DNA of 64,000 nucleotides from Candidatus Latescibacterota bacterium (GCA_965205975.1 OZ242195.1:1776643-1840642); one strand, 5' to 3'. Counted from the first letter of the stretch, positions 44,247 through 54,088 are shown. Numbers and translations are program-made. The notes: a model not told the origin generated them from the sequence alone.

Positions 44247-45958
44247 ATACTCGCTGTTTTTTTATTTAAATGAGCATAAACCCCATCTTGCATAGTCAGC
44301 CACTCAGGCGTGCCCTGCTCTGCGATCTGTCCCTCATCCAATACCACAATTTCATCTGCGTTTTGAATGGTCGATAGCCGATGTGCGATGATGATTGTCG
44401 TCCTTCCTTTTCGCACGGTTTTCAATGCTTCTTGAATGTGATATTCAGATTCCATATCCAAGGCGGCAGTAGGTTCATCTAAAATCAAAATGGGCGTGTC
44501 CATCAACAGCACACGCGCCAAGGCAATGCGCTGTTTCTGCCCTTCAGACATCTGCGCCCCTTGTTCTCCTACCAGTGTTTCATATCCTTCGGGCAATGAT
44601 GCGATGAAGTCGTGGATGTACGCAGCCTGTGTTGCAGCCTGAACATCTCGCAAAGGTATGTCGTGTCCAAAGGTCAGGTTGTCCAAAATACTGCCCTGAA
44701 ATAAGGTGCTACCCTGCATGGCGAATCCTACCTGCTGACGGACAGATTTTAAGCGGTAGTTCCGAATATCGTAACCATCAATAGACACATATCCCTCTTG
44801 CGGATCATAAAATCTCGGGATCAATTTGGCAAGTGTTGATTTGCCAGACCCACTCTTGCCGACCAGAGCAATGGTGGTCTGCGCGGGAATGTGCAGGTTG
44901 ATGTGGCGCAAAACGGGTTGGTCTTCTTGATACGAAAAACACACACTGTGAAACCCGATTTCACCTCTCACCTGTGGCAAGGAGGGCATATCAGGACGCT
45001 CCTGTATTTCGGGTTGCAAGTCATAGACCTCAAAAAAGCGATTGATGCGAACCAATGCCATTTCAACCTGTCCTACGAGACCGATGAGATTGCCGATTGG
45101 ACCGTAGAGATATCCCACATACCCCGAAAAAGCCATATAACTGCCCAGAGAGAGATTGCCGTTTAGAACTTCTGTCCAACCGTACCAGCCATACGCCAAA
45201 GTACCCGCTGTTTTTACCAACGACCCGATAAACCCAAATCCCCCACTTAAATGCGTTGACCGGATTCGCAATTTGGAAACATCAATAAAAATATCTCTGA
45301 TCTTATAGTAAAACGCGGCTTCCAGTCCCAGTGCTTGCACAGTGCGAATGCCCGAAAGCGATTCGTATGATGTGGCAGATGACTCAGCCGAGGCTTCGGT
45401 TAATTTTTTAGACACTCTGCTAAGATATTTCTTTGAAATCATAACCAATACGGTATCGAAAGGTAGTACCGCCAGACTGATCAATGCCAGTTTCCAGTTA
45501 ATATAAAGCAAAATAGGTGGAAAAATGAGCAACTGAAGCGAGTTCATAATCAGGCTGTTCACCATCCCTACGGTGCTATTGACAGAACTATCCATATCTC
45601 TAAATCGAGACAGGATTTCGCCCGTCTGCCGGTTGTCAAAAAAGCTGAAGTCCAGCGATTGTATGTGGGAATAGAGTCGCGATTTGAAATCCAACCCCAT
45701 GTTGACACCCACATAACGCGCGAAATAAGTGCTCAACAGATTTGTGAATCCCAATCCTGTCGAGAGCACAGCACCCAAAATCAGAATAAAGGTCAGGAGC
45801 GTGTAGTCTTTGTGCGGATACACATCATCAATCAAAACCTTAGTGATGTACGGTCCCGGAATTTGCAAAAACATGACCATGATGCCCACGAGAAGAGACT
45901 GAAAGATAAACCGCCAGTAAGGACGGAGCATTTTGATGATTTTGAATATCTGGCGCAT
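44243..45958 (-). CDS. T1SS/bacteriocin-exporter-type ABC transporter (permease + ATPase), no N-terminal C39 peptidase domain
   Basis: 571 aa. TMD resembling HlyB/CvaB-type exporters (LIDDVYPHKDYTLL...FFDNRQTGEILSRF). Walker A GKSGSGKST, signature MSEGQKQR (variant), Walker B LILDEPTAALD. Confidence 0.85.
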   Translation of the reverse strand: MRQIFKIIKMLRPYWRFIFQSLLVGIMVMFLQIPGPYITKVLIDDVYPHKDYTLLTFILILGAVLSTGLGFTNLLSTYFARYVGVNMGLDFKSRLYSHIQSLDFSFFDNRQTGEILSRFRDMDSSVNSTVGMVNSLIMNSLQLLIFPPILLYINWKLALISLAVLPFDTVLVMISKKYLSRVSKKLTEASAESSATSYESLSGIRTVQALGLEAAFYYKIRDIFIDVSKLRIRSTHLSGGFGFIGSLVKTAGTLAYGWYGWTEVLNGNLSLGSYMAFSGYVGYLYGPIGNLIGLVGQVEMALVRINRFFEVYDLQPEIQERPDMPSLPQVRGEIGFHSVCFSYQEDQPVLRHINLHIPAQTTIALVGKSGSGKSTLAKLIPRFYDPQEGYVSIDGYDIRNYRLKSVRQQVGFAMQGSTLFQGSILDNLTFGHDIPLRDVQAATQAAYIHDFIASLPEGYETLVGEQGAQMSEGQKQRIALARVLLMDTPILILDEPTAALDMESEYHIQEALKTVRKGRTTIIIAHRLSTIQNADEIVVLDEGQIAEQGTPEWLTMQDGVYAHLNKKTASI

Positions 45959-46325
45959 TGGATCGTACCGTGGTATTTCAAAAGAAGGTCTATAACGAAT
46001 GCCGAAAGCGTGTCATCTATCAGGACTGGCGTTGTGCCTATACGTTGACGAGCCTGCCGCAGAGTACAGTACTTTGATATAGTGGCCTATGAAAACCGGT
46101 TTGCAGACTGCCCTACCTCCGGTAGGCAGGCACGCGGGCAAGAGGTAGATAGGCGCGAACACAACATAGCGATCCACCGTCGAGAAATTATTATGGGTGT
46201 TCAACACACTCCTATAAGACAATACGGTAAGCATTGAACACCCAATGATCAGAGGTCATATATTTTGTTCTTCTAAGCGGCTATCAATGATTAAATCCGA
46301 AATTCATTTGATCTTTTGACATCCG

Positions 46326-46688
46326 CTAATTACCCTCATCCTTCTTCTTTTCTTCCTCCTCTTCATCCTCTGTTTCTATTTCCGGTACAGGCGGTTCCTT
46401 TGGAGGACTTTCATCGTGGCAAGCCACCCAACAAGATTGATATGATGAGGCTAATCCAGTAACGGTCGCCGCGATGGCTGCGCCACCTGGTCCACCGCCA
46501 CCAAAACCTGCCCCAAGAGCAGATGCCAACATGTTTGATCCAACTGTATTCACGGCATCTTCATGCACTTCTTGAACTGCTTGGTTACGCTGATGAATTT
46601 CTAAACTTCTTTCGAGAGCCCTTTGCTCAGCAATAGGCGTTTCAGTGGTATCCACCTCCACTGTCGGCATAGGGAGATTCAGATTCAT
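46326..46688 (-). CDS. 120-aa Gly-rich protein with two Cys and a strongly acidic tail (candidate exported peptide or accessory factor)
   Basis: ATG with AAGGAG 7 nt upstream. Central SALGAGFGGGGPGGAAIAATVTGLASSYQSCWVAC and C-terminal ETEDEEEEEKKKDEGN. Confidence 0.55.
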   Translation of the reverse strand: MNLNLPMPTVEVDTTETPIAEQRALERSLEIHQRNQAVQEVHEDAVNTVGSNMLASALGAGFGGGGPGGAAIAATVTGLASSYQSCWVACHDESPPKEPPVPEIETEDEEEEEKKKDEGN

Positions 46689-46723
46689 GGTTTACTCCTT
46701 TCTTGAAAAGTGATGACCTCTGA

Positions 46724-47473
46724 TCAAAAAATAAAAAATTCTCTATATTGAAATACCACTATAGCGACCAAATTCGCAATAGAATGAAACACAAAGCTTG
46801 CGGTTAGTGAATTTGTACGTTCTACTAAGTATGCTGTTACCAAACCATATAAGAATACAAAAGGAAGGTTTGTAACAGCTAACCAGTATTGAAAATGGTA
46901 TGCTGTAAAAATGATGGCTGAAATTAAAACGGCATTTCGTTCGAGATAACGTTTACGTAAGGTTCTGTACAACATCCCTCGAAAGTACAATTCTTCTTGA
47001 AATGGAATTAAAAATCCCATCACTATTATTTGGTTATAAAATATCGCCCCAGAATACTTCGCGGGTATGTTGTCAAAATTTACGATTTTCCAGTTCCATA
47101 TAAGTGACAGGAAAGCACCGAGGATTAAAGCAAAAACGATATCTTGAGTTTGAGGAGCCTGGATACCCCATATTTTCCTGAGTGATAACTTCACTTTTTT
47201 ATATTGCCATATAAGAAATGCAAGAAAGGCAAGTATCAAAACCAATCCGAGATATATTTGCCCAATAAGAACAATATTTTGAACCTTTAAACCCCATCTG
47301 TTGACGTGATTAAAATGTGCCATCAAAAGGCCAAACACGGCAATAACTACGAAACCGATCACACAATATAAAACTAACCAGAGAATTAATCTTTTAATAG
47401 ACCAGGGGAGTTGTAGTCGCTGAGTGCCATCAAATCCCAAATTATTATCTATATCTATTTTGCTATCTTTCAT
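46724..47473 (-). CDS. CPBP family (CAAX-type) intramembrane glutamic endopeptidase
   Basis: Motif 1 FQEELYFRG, motif 2 FTAYHF, motif 3 FVFHSIANL. Multi-TM and very AT-rich. Confidence 0.8.
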   Translation of the reverse strand: MKDSKIDIDNNLGFDGTQRLQLPWSIKRLILWLVLYCVIGFVVIAVFGLLMAHFNHVNRWGLKVQNIVLIGQIYLGLVLILAFLAFLIWQYKKVKLSLRKIWGIQAPQTQDIVFALILGAFLSLIWNWKIVNFDNIPAKYSGAIFYNQIIVMGFLIPFQEELYFRGMLYRTLRKRYLERNAVLISAIIFTAYHFQYWLAVTNLPFVFLYGLVTAYLVERTNSLTASFVFHSIANLVAIVVFQYREFFIF

Positions 47474-47533
47474 GTTCTTCTCGCATGTAAAAGGTGCAGC
47501 TCTCGAAGGCCATAATGAACTTGATTCGCGTCA

Positions 47534-48805
47534 CTATCTACCGCCTCTATCTTCCAACCCATAAATCTCCGGACGCCCAATTTTGCCCACGGTTTTCAAA
47601 AACTTCTTCCACAGCAAGCCAACGATAGGACCGCGCTTTGTCACGATCTTGGCTTCTATACCCATGCCATAAGCAAGCGGACATTCTTTCTCACCATTAG
47701 ATAAATGCGGATCTATCACACTGATCTTCACCGGATAAACAGTGCTCATACCGCCTGGAACGAGACCGGCACCTATGGGTGTAATAGGTTCGGGTTTTCT
47801 CGGCACGTCTGTCACCCTGCCCTCAAAAATCTTGTATTCCATGTGCGGGAAAGCATTCACATATATTCGCACCTTATGTCCCTCTTTCACCTTTGGGATA
47901 TCCACTTCTTGAATCATCACCTCTGCTTGCCAACTGTGCAATTCGGCCAGTTCAATCACGGCTTCACCCGCCTCAATGCGGTCTCCTTCGCGTTTATCCA
48001 AATCGCGTGTCAACACCGTTCCAGAAACAGGTGCGTATATCTTCATCTGTTCCAGACGGGTTTTGATAAGACGATGGCTGACCTCTAATTTTTTGTATGT
48101 CTGCTCCAGCATCTCGTGTTCCTGCTTGCGATTGTCCAGAGCAACCAACCGTCGTTTTGCACGCTCAATTTCTACTTTTGCACCCTCTACCCGCGTCTGG
48201 TGTACCCGAATAGGGATCAACGTATCAACAGGTGGTCGCACACTCCCATCTTCGCGATAAGGCGCGTATTTGCGATAGATCTGGTATTCTTGCCGAACCT
48301 GTTCCAATTGCAACTGCGCGGTCTCATACGCCACTTCAGCCCGCGCTATCTCTGTCTCCAAAACAGCGCGCTCGCGTTGCAATTCTGCGACCAACGCCAC
48401 ACGCCGCCCCTGATTTATTCCCAGTTCATGTTCGAGTTGCTCCAATTCCGTGCGTAAATCGGTATCGTCCAGAGTCAGCATCAAATCACCCTGTGCAATC
48501 TCTTGTCCGTGTTGCACATGAACCGTCTGGATCAAACCTGATCGCTGTGCTTTCACTTCATAACGCGCAGTAGGCTGCAAGCGACCTTGTCCTGCAACCG
48601 TAATTTCCATGCCCAAATGCCAGCCCAAAAGACAGATAAACGCGACCATACTCCCCACAACGCACAAAATAGTGAGCAAGAAATAGCGCACAAACCGGAA
48701 CCCAATTCCCGAAGTTGAGAGGGCTTCTCGCGTCTCCGTGTTTGCAAAATCTCCCTCTTTTTGGGGATAGCCATTGAATCGTACAACCTGTTCACTGTGT
48801 ACCAT
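47534..48805 (-). CDS. HlyD family secretion adaptor (periplasmic membrane-fusion protein)
   Basis: N-terminal TM, lipoyl-like hairpin (VKAQRSGLIQTVHVQHGQEIAQGDLMLTLD), long coiled coil and C-terminal beta-barrel region. Confidence 0.8.
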   Translation of the reverse strand: MVHSEQVVRFNGYPQKEGDFANTETREALSTSGIGFRFVRYFLLTILCVVGSMVAFICLLGWHLGMEITVAGQGRLQPTARYEVKAQRSGLIQTVHVQHGQEIAQGDLMLTLDDTDLRTELEQLEHELGINQGRRVALVAELQRERAVLETEIARAEVAYETAQLQLEQVRQEYQIYRKYAPYREDGSVRPPVDTLIPIRVHQTRVEGAKVEIERAKRRLVALDNRKQEHEMLEQTYKKLEVSHRLIKTRLEQMKIYAPVSGTVLTRDLDKREGDRIEAGEAVIELAELHSWQAEVMIQEVDIPKVKEGHKVRIYVNAFPHMEYKIFEGRVTDVPRKPEPITPIGAGLVPGGMSTVYPVKISVIDPHLSNGEKECPLAYGMGIEAKIVTKRGPIVGLLWKKFLKTVGKIGRPEIYGLEDRGGR

Positions 48806-48861
48806 AACTCATTCAGCTCACTGTTGAAAGTGAATTTCGACCAGACAAATGAACATTCAAT

Positions 48862-49581
48862 TCAAACATCTTCCGAAAGCGTTTGAATTTCTCCGCGCAT
48901 AACTTTTGTGCGGTACTCGGTAGGCGGCATTCCGTGTATGGTCTTGAAAGCCTCGCGCAAACGATTTGGTGAAAGAAACCCGCACGCACTTGCAATTTCA
49001 TAGACGAATACTGAAGGTTCTTTTATCAAATGCTGTGCCCGTGAAACCCTTATCTCTCGCAATTTTTCTGAGAACGTCTTGCCCACATGTTTTTTGAACA
49101 ATTTGCAACCGTGCGATCTGGAAAATCCGAAATGGGCCATGAGGTCATCAAAGCTCAGCCCTGGGTCGCTGTAATGCGCCTCCAAAAACGACTCCAGACT
49201 CCTTTTTATCCAATCTTGTGATGGCATGCACTTCTTGACCTTTGCCAAAAATTTATCCTTGCGGATCGGTTTATCCAGCACGCCTACAGCACCCAGCTTG
49301 AGCATCCTTTCCATTAATTCCAGGCGTTCCATCCCGCCCATGATCAGGACAGGTGTTTGAATTTCCTCTACCTTTAGACAAGTCAAAAGAGATATCGCAT
49401 CGAGGTCTCTTATATCTTTGTCAACCACAGCGAGATCAATCTTCTCACGTCTCAAAGTTTTAAACCCTGCTACGCCATCTCTCGCTGTGAATACGTCGTA
49501 AAGTTCATCATTCAAGTATTCACAAAGAGTCGATATAACGCAGCTATCGCGATCTACAATTAAAACTTTCTTCGCATTCAT
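48862..49581 (-). CDS. response regulator with AraC-type HTH output domain
   Basis: REC domain (KVLIVDRD ... DLAVVDKD ... LDKP) followed by AraC HTH (FGFSRSHGCKLFKKHVGKTFSEKLREIRV...HGMPPTEYR). No histidine kinase gene nearby. Confidence 0.8.
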   Translation of the reverse strand: MNAKKVLIVDRDSCVISTLCEYLNDELYDVFTARDGVAGFKTLRREKIDLAVVDKDIRDLDAISLLTCLKVEEIQTPVLIMGGMERLELMERMLKLGAVGVLDKPIRKDKFLAKVKKCMPSQDWIKRSLESFLEAHYSDPGLSFDDLMAHFGFSRSHGCKLFKKHVGKTFSEKLREIRVSRAQHLIKEPSVFVYEIASACGFLSPNRLREAFKTIHGMPPTEYRTKVMRGEIQTLSEDV

Positions 49582-50046
49582 ATTTTCCCCATACGCTAAA
49601 AATTTCTACAACCATATTCAAAACATGCTCTTTGCACGAAAACAGATATATGCAACCTGTGTGCCAATTTAAATTTTTCAAGCAATAATACATGTAACCT
49701 ATTATCTTTACTTCATATAGAGTTATTACCGCACAAAATCCAGACCGAATATCAAATTAAAAAGTGAAAATATTGTTCACTTATTCCCGATCAATTGAAC
49801 ATTACTTGCACCTTATGCGCTTTAATTCGCATTGACAATCACCCTTTGGGTCGCTACCTTAGTTTAGTCTTCTCAAGACCTATCTTGAGATACTCACCGC
49901 CGCTGACAGATGACTTGCCACGGTCTTGTCGGCGGCTCTTTTATGATAATACTGTCACACCTGAAATTTCAACACAAAAAGTCCCCGCGTATTTGTGATT
50001 TCCACCGCGTATTTCTGTTTTTTTTATTGTTTTTGAGATTAAGCAT

Positions 50047-50078
50047 AAAAAAACTGTGAATGGACTTCCCATTCACAG
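50047..50078 (-). terminator. rho-independent terminator after the ABC exporter pair
   Basis: Perfect 10-bp stem CTGTGAATGG / CCATTCACAG (50054-63 / 50069-78), followed on the minus strand by seven T. Confidence 0.7.
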
Positions 50079-50131
50079 TTCGCAAAAATATGGGGCGGGC
50101 ACGGGGCACCGCCCTTACGCAGGCCTGCGCT

Positions 50132-50185
50132 ACATCTATCTATATCTCGCCTTTCATCTGCGTCTATCTGCGTCCATCTGCGGAT
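50132..50185. repeat. decamer array (ATCTGCG type, 3 good plus 2 degenerate units) overlapping the 3' end of the ABC gene
   Basis: catctatctatatctcgcctttcatctgcgtctatctgcgtccatctgcgg. It encodes the terminal ...GHPQMDADRRR* on the minus strand. Confidence 0.8.
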
Positions 50186-52133
50186 GCCCTTGTAATTGCT
50201 TCTTTCCCTTTTCAACCTCTTCCACCGCCGTCATAATCCCATCAATAAATTCATCTGCTATATCGTCTTTCTGCTTTTGCTGCTGTTCGTAAAGCAAGCG
50301 ATAGACCTCGCACTCTTCCAGCAAATCGTCGTGGCCTCCCCAGCCCGCCATGCGACCGTTGTCCAGCACCAGAATGCGATCCGCCCGCATCGCCGTAGAA
50401 ATTCTGTGCGTAATCACAAAAGTCGTGCGCCCCTCCATCAAATGATCCAGCGTCTCTTGAATCTTCGCCTCCGTCTTTGCATCCAGTGCTGAAGTCGTAT
50501 CGTCCAAAATCAGAATACTGGGATCGGTGACAACAGCCATCGCAAAAGCCAAACGCTGTTTTTGACCGCCCGATAAATTGGTACCGCGCTCCTCGACCGG
50601 CGCTTCGTATTTCTCTGGCAGCGTCATAATAAAATCGTGCAACTCCGCCGCTTTAGCCGCATCCATCACCTGTTCGGGCGTGGTATAGGGCTGACCGTAG
50701 CGAATATTATCGGCAATCGTCCCGGAAAAAAGAACGGGTTCCTGGGGCACCATACTGATGTGCTGTCGCAGTGAAGAAATTTTGACATCTTGTATATCGT
50801 AATCGTCCAGAATAATTCTCCCCTCTGTGGGTTCATAAAGACGCATCAACAAACTCACCAGCGTACTCTTCCCCGAACCCGAAGGCCCAACCACGGCCAC
50901 CGAAGTGCCTGGCCGCACGACAAACTTGAGATCTCGAAGAACGTAATCGCCCGCATCTGTATAGCGAAACGACACATTGCGAAACGACACCCGCCCGCGC
51001 ACTTTGTCGAGGGTCTTCGCATCTTCCCTATCCTGAATAATCACCTCTTCATCCAGCACCTCAAACACGCGACTGATCACCACCAGCATCTGTTGCAACG
51101 TAGCATTCACATTGGCAAGAGCAACCAGTGGCGAAAAGAGATTCCCCATCGACATAGAAAAATAAACCAATTCCCCAACCGTCATCACACCGCCGCGAAC
51201 CTGTAATGCGCCATAATAAAAGATCAGACCCATTGCAACCCCCCCCACAACCGAACAGACTGACCCCAGACCAGAACTCAAAACAGACTGTTTGACGCCC
51301 AAACGATACAACCCGATCAGCCGCCTGAAAAAGTCCCGAAACTCCCGTCTTTCTCGCGCATAAGACAGGATGAGACGAATCCCCTTTGAGCGTTCTTCCA
51401 ACAGCGCAGAAACCTCGCTATAATCCTCTCGAAACCGCATAAAAACATTTGCTATCGGACGCTGAAACACCTTATAAGTCACGACATACGCGGGCAATGC
51501 AACAAAAGCCATCAGCGCGAGCTTGACATCAATCGTAAACAGAATCGCCGTACCCATCAAAATGCGCGCAACATGCCGCAGCGTCTCTACAAAAGTCGTC
51601 GTAATTTCGCTCTGCAATAACCCCACATCATCCAAAATGCGCGCCATAATCCGCCCGGTTTGCTGGCGATCAAAAAACGTCATCTGCAACTGCTGCACTT
51701 TCTCGTGCAGCGCAAGGCGGATGCGGAAAACAATCCGCTGCCCCACATAGGAGATGTTATAGGTATAAAACCAGTTGAGTGTGGCAAAAAACGATCTCAC
51801 GACCAGATAGAGAATGAAAATCCACCCCAACCATGCCAGTTTTTCCGTGCGCGTTTTGGGCAGCATTATCCCGCCTTCTTTGCCCAGCCCCGGAATCGTC
51901 GCCTGTGGATCGCGCTTTGGGCGCCTCTCCTCCTGAATCAAAGACTGCATGTGGGCTTCTGAAACGACTTCACCCGCGGGCTTGAGTTGCAAGACCTCAT
52001 CAACCGTAATTTTTGAAATAAACCCGAGCAAAAACGTATAGGACGACGTAATAGTGGCCATCGCAATGACCATCAACATGCGCCCCCAATACGGCTTGAT
52101 ATATAAAATGATAAATCGCTTTAAGTTTTCCAT
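50154..52133 (-). CDS. ABC transporter ATP-binding/permease (second half of a heterodimer-type exporter pair)
   Basis: Start at ATG 52133 (MENLKRFIILYIKPYWGRML), 4 nt after the upstream stop. Walker A GPSGSGKST, LSGGQKQR, LILDDTTSALD. Confidence 0.85.
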   Translation of the reverse strand: MENLKRFIILYIKPYWGRMLMVIAMATITSSYTFLLGFISKITVDEVLQLKPAGEVVSEAHMQSLIQEERRPKRDPQATIPGLGKEGGIMLPKTRTEKLAWLGWIFILYLVVRSFFATLNWFYTYNISYVGQRIVFRIRLALHEKVQQLQMTFFDRQQTGRIMARILDDVGLLQSEITTTFVETLRHVARILMGTAILFTIDVKLALMAFVALPAYVVTYKVFQRPIANVFMRFREDYSEVSALLEERSKGIRLILSYARERREFRDFFRRLIGLYRLGVKQSVLSSGLGSVCSVVGGVAMGLIFYYGALQVRGGVMTVGELVYFSMSMGNLFSPLVALANVNATLQQMLVVISRVFEVLDEEVIIQDREDAKTLDKVRGRVSFRNVSFRYTDAGDYVLRDLKFVVRPGTSVAVVGPSGSGKSTLVSLLMRLYEPTEGRIILDDYDIQDVKISSLRQHISMVPQEPVLFSGTIADNIRYGQPYTTPEQVMDAAKAAELHDFIMTLPEKYEAPVEERGTNLSGGQKQRLAFAMAVVTDPSILILDDTTSALDAKTEAKIQETLDHLMEGRTTFVITHRISTAMRADRILVLDNGRMAGWGGHDDLLEECEVYRLLYEQQQKQKDDIADEFIDGIMTAVEEVEKGKKQLQGHPQMDADRRR

Positions 52134-52137
52134 AACC

Positions 52138-53913
52138 TCAACTCGCCATCGCCTCCACAGCCTCTTCAATAGAACCCGCGGCCTGCTGTTCGTAAAGCTG
52201 GCGATACTTTCCATCGGGTATTTGCAACAACTCGCTGTGCGTCCCCTGCTCAATAATCTCGCCGTGATCCATCATAACAATAATATCCGCATTGACAATC
52301 GTCGATAATCGGTGTGCAATGGCAAAGGACGTGCGCTCCTTTAACACCCTGGTCATCGCCTTTTGTATCAAAGCTTCCGATAGGGAATCGAGTGACGAAG
52401 TCGCTTCATCGAGAATTAAAACCGACGGATTGGTCAGCACGGCTCTCGCAATGGCGAGGCGCTGTTTTTCTCCCACAGACAGTTTAATCCCATCTTTCCC
52501 CAGCATCGAATCGTAACCCTCGGGCGTACGCATAATAAATTCGTGAATCTCGGCAATACGCGCCGCCTCAATCAACTCGGCATCTGTGGCATCTGCGCGG
52601 CCATATAGCAAATTTTCTCGAATCGTCCCATCAAACATCACCGAATCTTGCAACACCTGTCCAATTTGCGTGCGCAAGGTGCGCAACTTCACATCTCTCA
52701 AATCGTGACCATCAATTGTAATACGCCCGTCCTTAACATCGTAAAAGCGCATCAACAAACTCGTCAAAGTCGTCTTTCCGCATCCCGTATGCCCCACCAG
52801 CGCCACCATCTGCCCCGGCTGCACCTCGAGATTGATCCCCTTCAAAACAGGCTCACCCTCTTTGTACTCAAAATGTACATCTTCAAATTTAATATGTCCT
52901 TTTATCGGCGGCAGTTCAACGGCATCTTCCTTATCCTTAATCTCTATGGGAAAATCTAAAATTTCCAAAACGCGATCCACAGACACCATCACGGCTTGAA
53001 GGCGCATGGCAATTTGCGTGAGATTGAGAACAGGCTGAAACATCCGACTTGAATAAGAAAAAAAGGCCATCACAGCCCCATAAGTCATTTCACCCTCAAT
53101 CACGTAATAACAGCCCAAACAAAAAATCACCGTATTGCGAAGTCCCGACACCCCCCAGGAGCCAGCCATATAGCCAGCGCGATTTGTGGCAGTCTGCATC
53201 GCCGCATCCAAACTCTGGTGCGTATCTTCCGCAAATGCGCGGTGTTCTCTGCGCTCTCGTCCATAAGATTTTACGAGTTGCACCCCGGACAACCGCTCTT
53301 GTAGTCCAACCGACACCTGATCCATTTTTCTACGCCAGAGACTGTACGACTCCCTCATTGGCGTGCGCCACCCGTAATAATTAAAAAAATACAGGGGCAT
53401 CAACAAAAGCAGCAGACACGCCATCTTCCAATTCAAGCCCATGCACAGCGCAAGCGCCACCCAGAACGACACAAAATCGACAAGAATGCCCAGCATACGC
53501 GATGTCACCATACTGCGCACACTCGCAATATCAGACATAATGCGCGACATAATTTTGCCCGTACCCATCTCGTCGTAAAAGCGCATGGGCAATCTCAACA
53601 TGTGCTCATACGTAAACTTTCGCATACTCGTCGTTATCCCCCACCCCACATAGGCATTGGTAAATGAGACCCAAACGCGCATCGCAGCGGACATGATAGG
53701 CAGGCAAATCGAAATAAACAGAAGCACTTCCAGCAACTGCCAGTTGCCCAGGGTAATGACATCATCAATGATAAACTTCATCACCAGAGGAGGCAACATG
53801 CTCAGTGCCGTCATTGTCGCCGTCAGGCACACCAGCAAAATCAGGCGCGATTTAAAAGGCGTGACAAAATGCGCGAGCTTGCGCAGCTTGTCAGTATTGC
53901 TCTCATCTGCCAT
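52138..53913 (-). CDS. ABC transporter ATP-binding/permease (first half of a heterodimer-type exporter pair)
   Basis: 591 aa. Walker A GHTGCGKTT, signature LSVGEKQR, Walker B LILDEATSSLD. Confidence 0.85.
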   Translation of the reverse strand: MADESNTDKLRKLAHFVTPFKSRLILLVCLTATMTALSMLPPLVMKFIIDDVITLGNWQLLEVLLFISICLPIMSAAMRVWVSFTNAYVGWGITTSMRKFTYEHMLRLPMRFYDEMGTGKIMSRIMSDIASVRSMVTSRMLGILVDFVSFWVALALCMGLNWKMACLLLLLMPLYFFNYYGWRTPMRESYSLWRRKMDQVSVGLQERLSGVQLVKSYGRERREHRAFAEDTHQSLDAAMQTATNRAGYMAGSWGVSGLRNTVIFCLGCYYVIEGEMTYGAVMAFFSYSSRMFQPVLNLTQIAMRLQAVMVSVDRVLEILDFPIEIKDKEDAVELPPIKGHIKFEDVHFEYKEGEPVLKGINLEVQPGQMVALVGHTGCGKTTLTSLLMRFYDVKDGRITIDGHDLRDVKLRTLRTQIGQVLQDSVMFDGTIRENLLYGRADATDAELIEAARIAEIHEFIMRTPEGYDSMLGKDGIKLSVGEKQRLAIARAVLTNPSVLILDEATSSLDSLSEALIQKAMTRVLKERTSFAIAHRLSTIVNADIIVMMDHGEIIEQGTHSELLQIPDGKYRQLYEQQAAGSIEEAVEAMAS

Positions 53914-54088
53914 ATCGATCTCATCTCAAAAATAAGTTGCAGATTTTTGGATCTCGACGCTTCTTTATTTAGATAGCTTTGGGTAAACATAAATAATATT
54001 TAAGAACAGATATAAAAATATAAAGATACCTTTTAATTTAATCAAGCCCATCTCATCCGATGACGCATCTTCTACCACTGGTTGAGCT

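Noticed and set aside
46013-46234. 73-aa minus-strand ORF in the 367-bp gap as a real gene
   Set aside because: It has no RBS, its composition is unusual, and it spans a GC-rich hairpin. It is treated as non-coding pending evidence.
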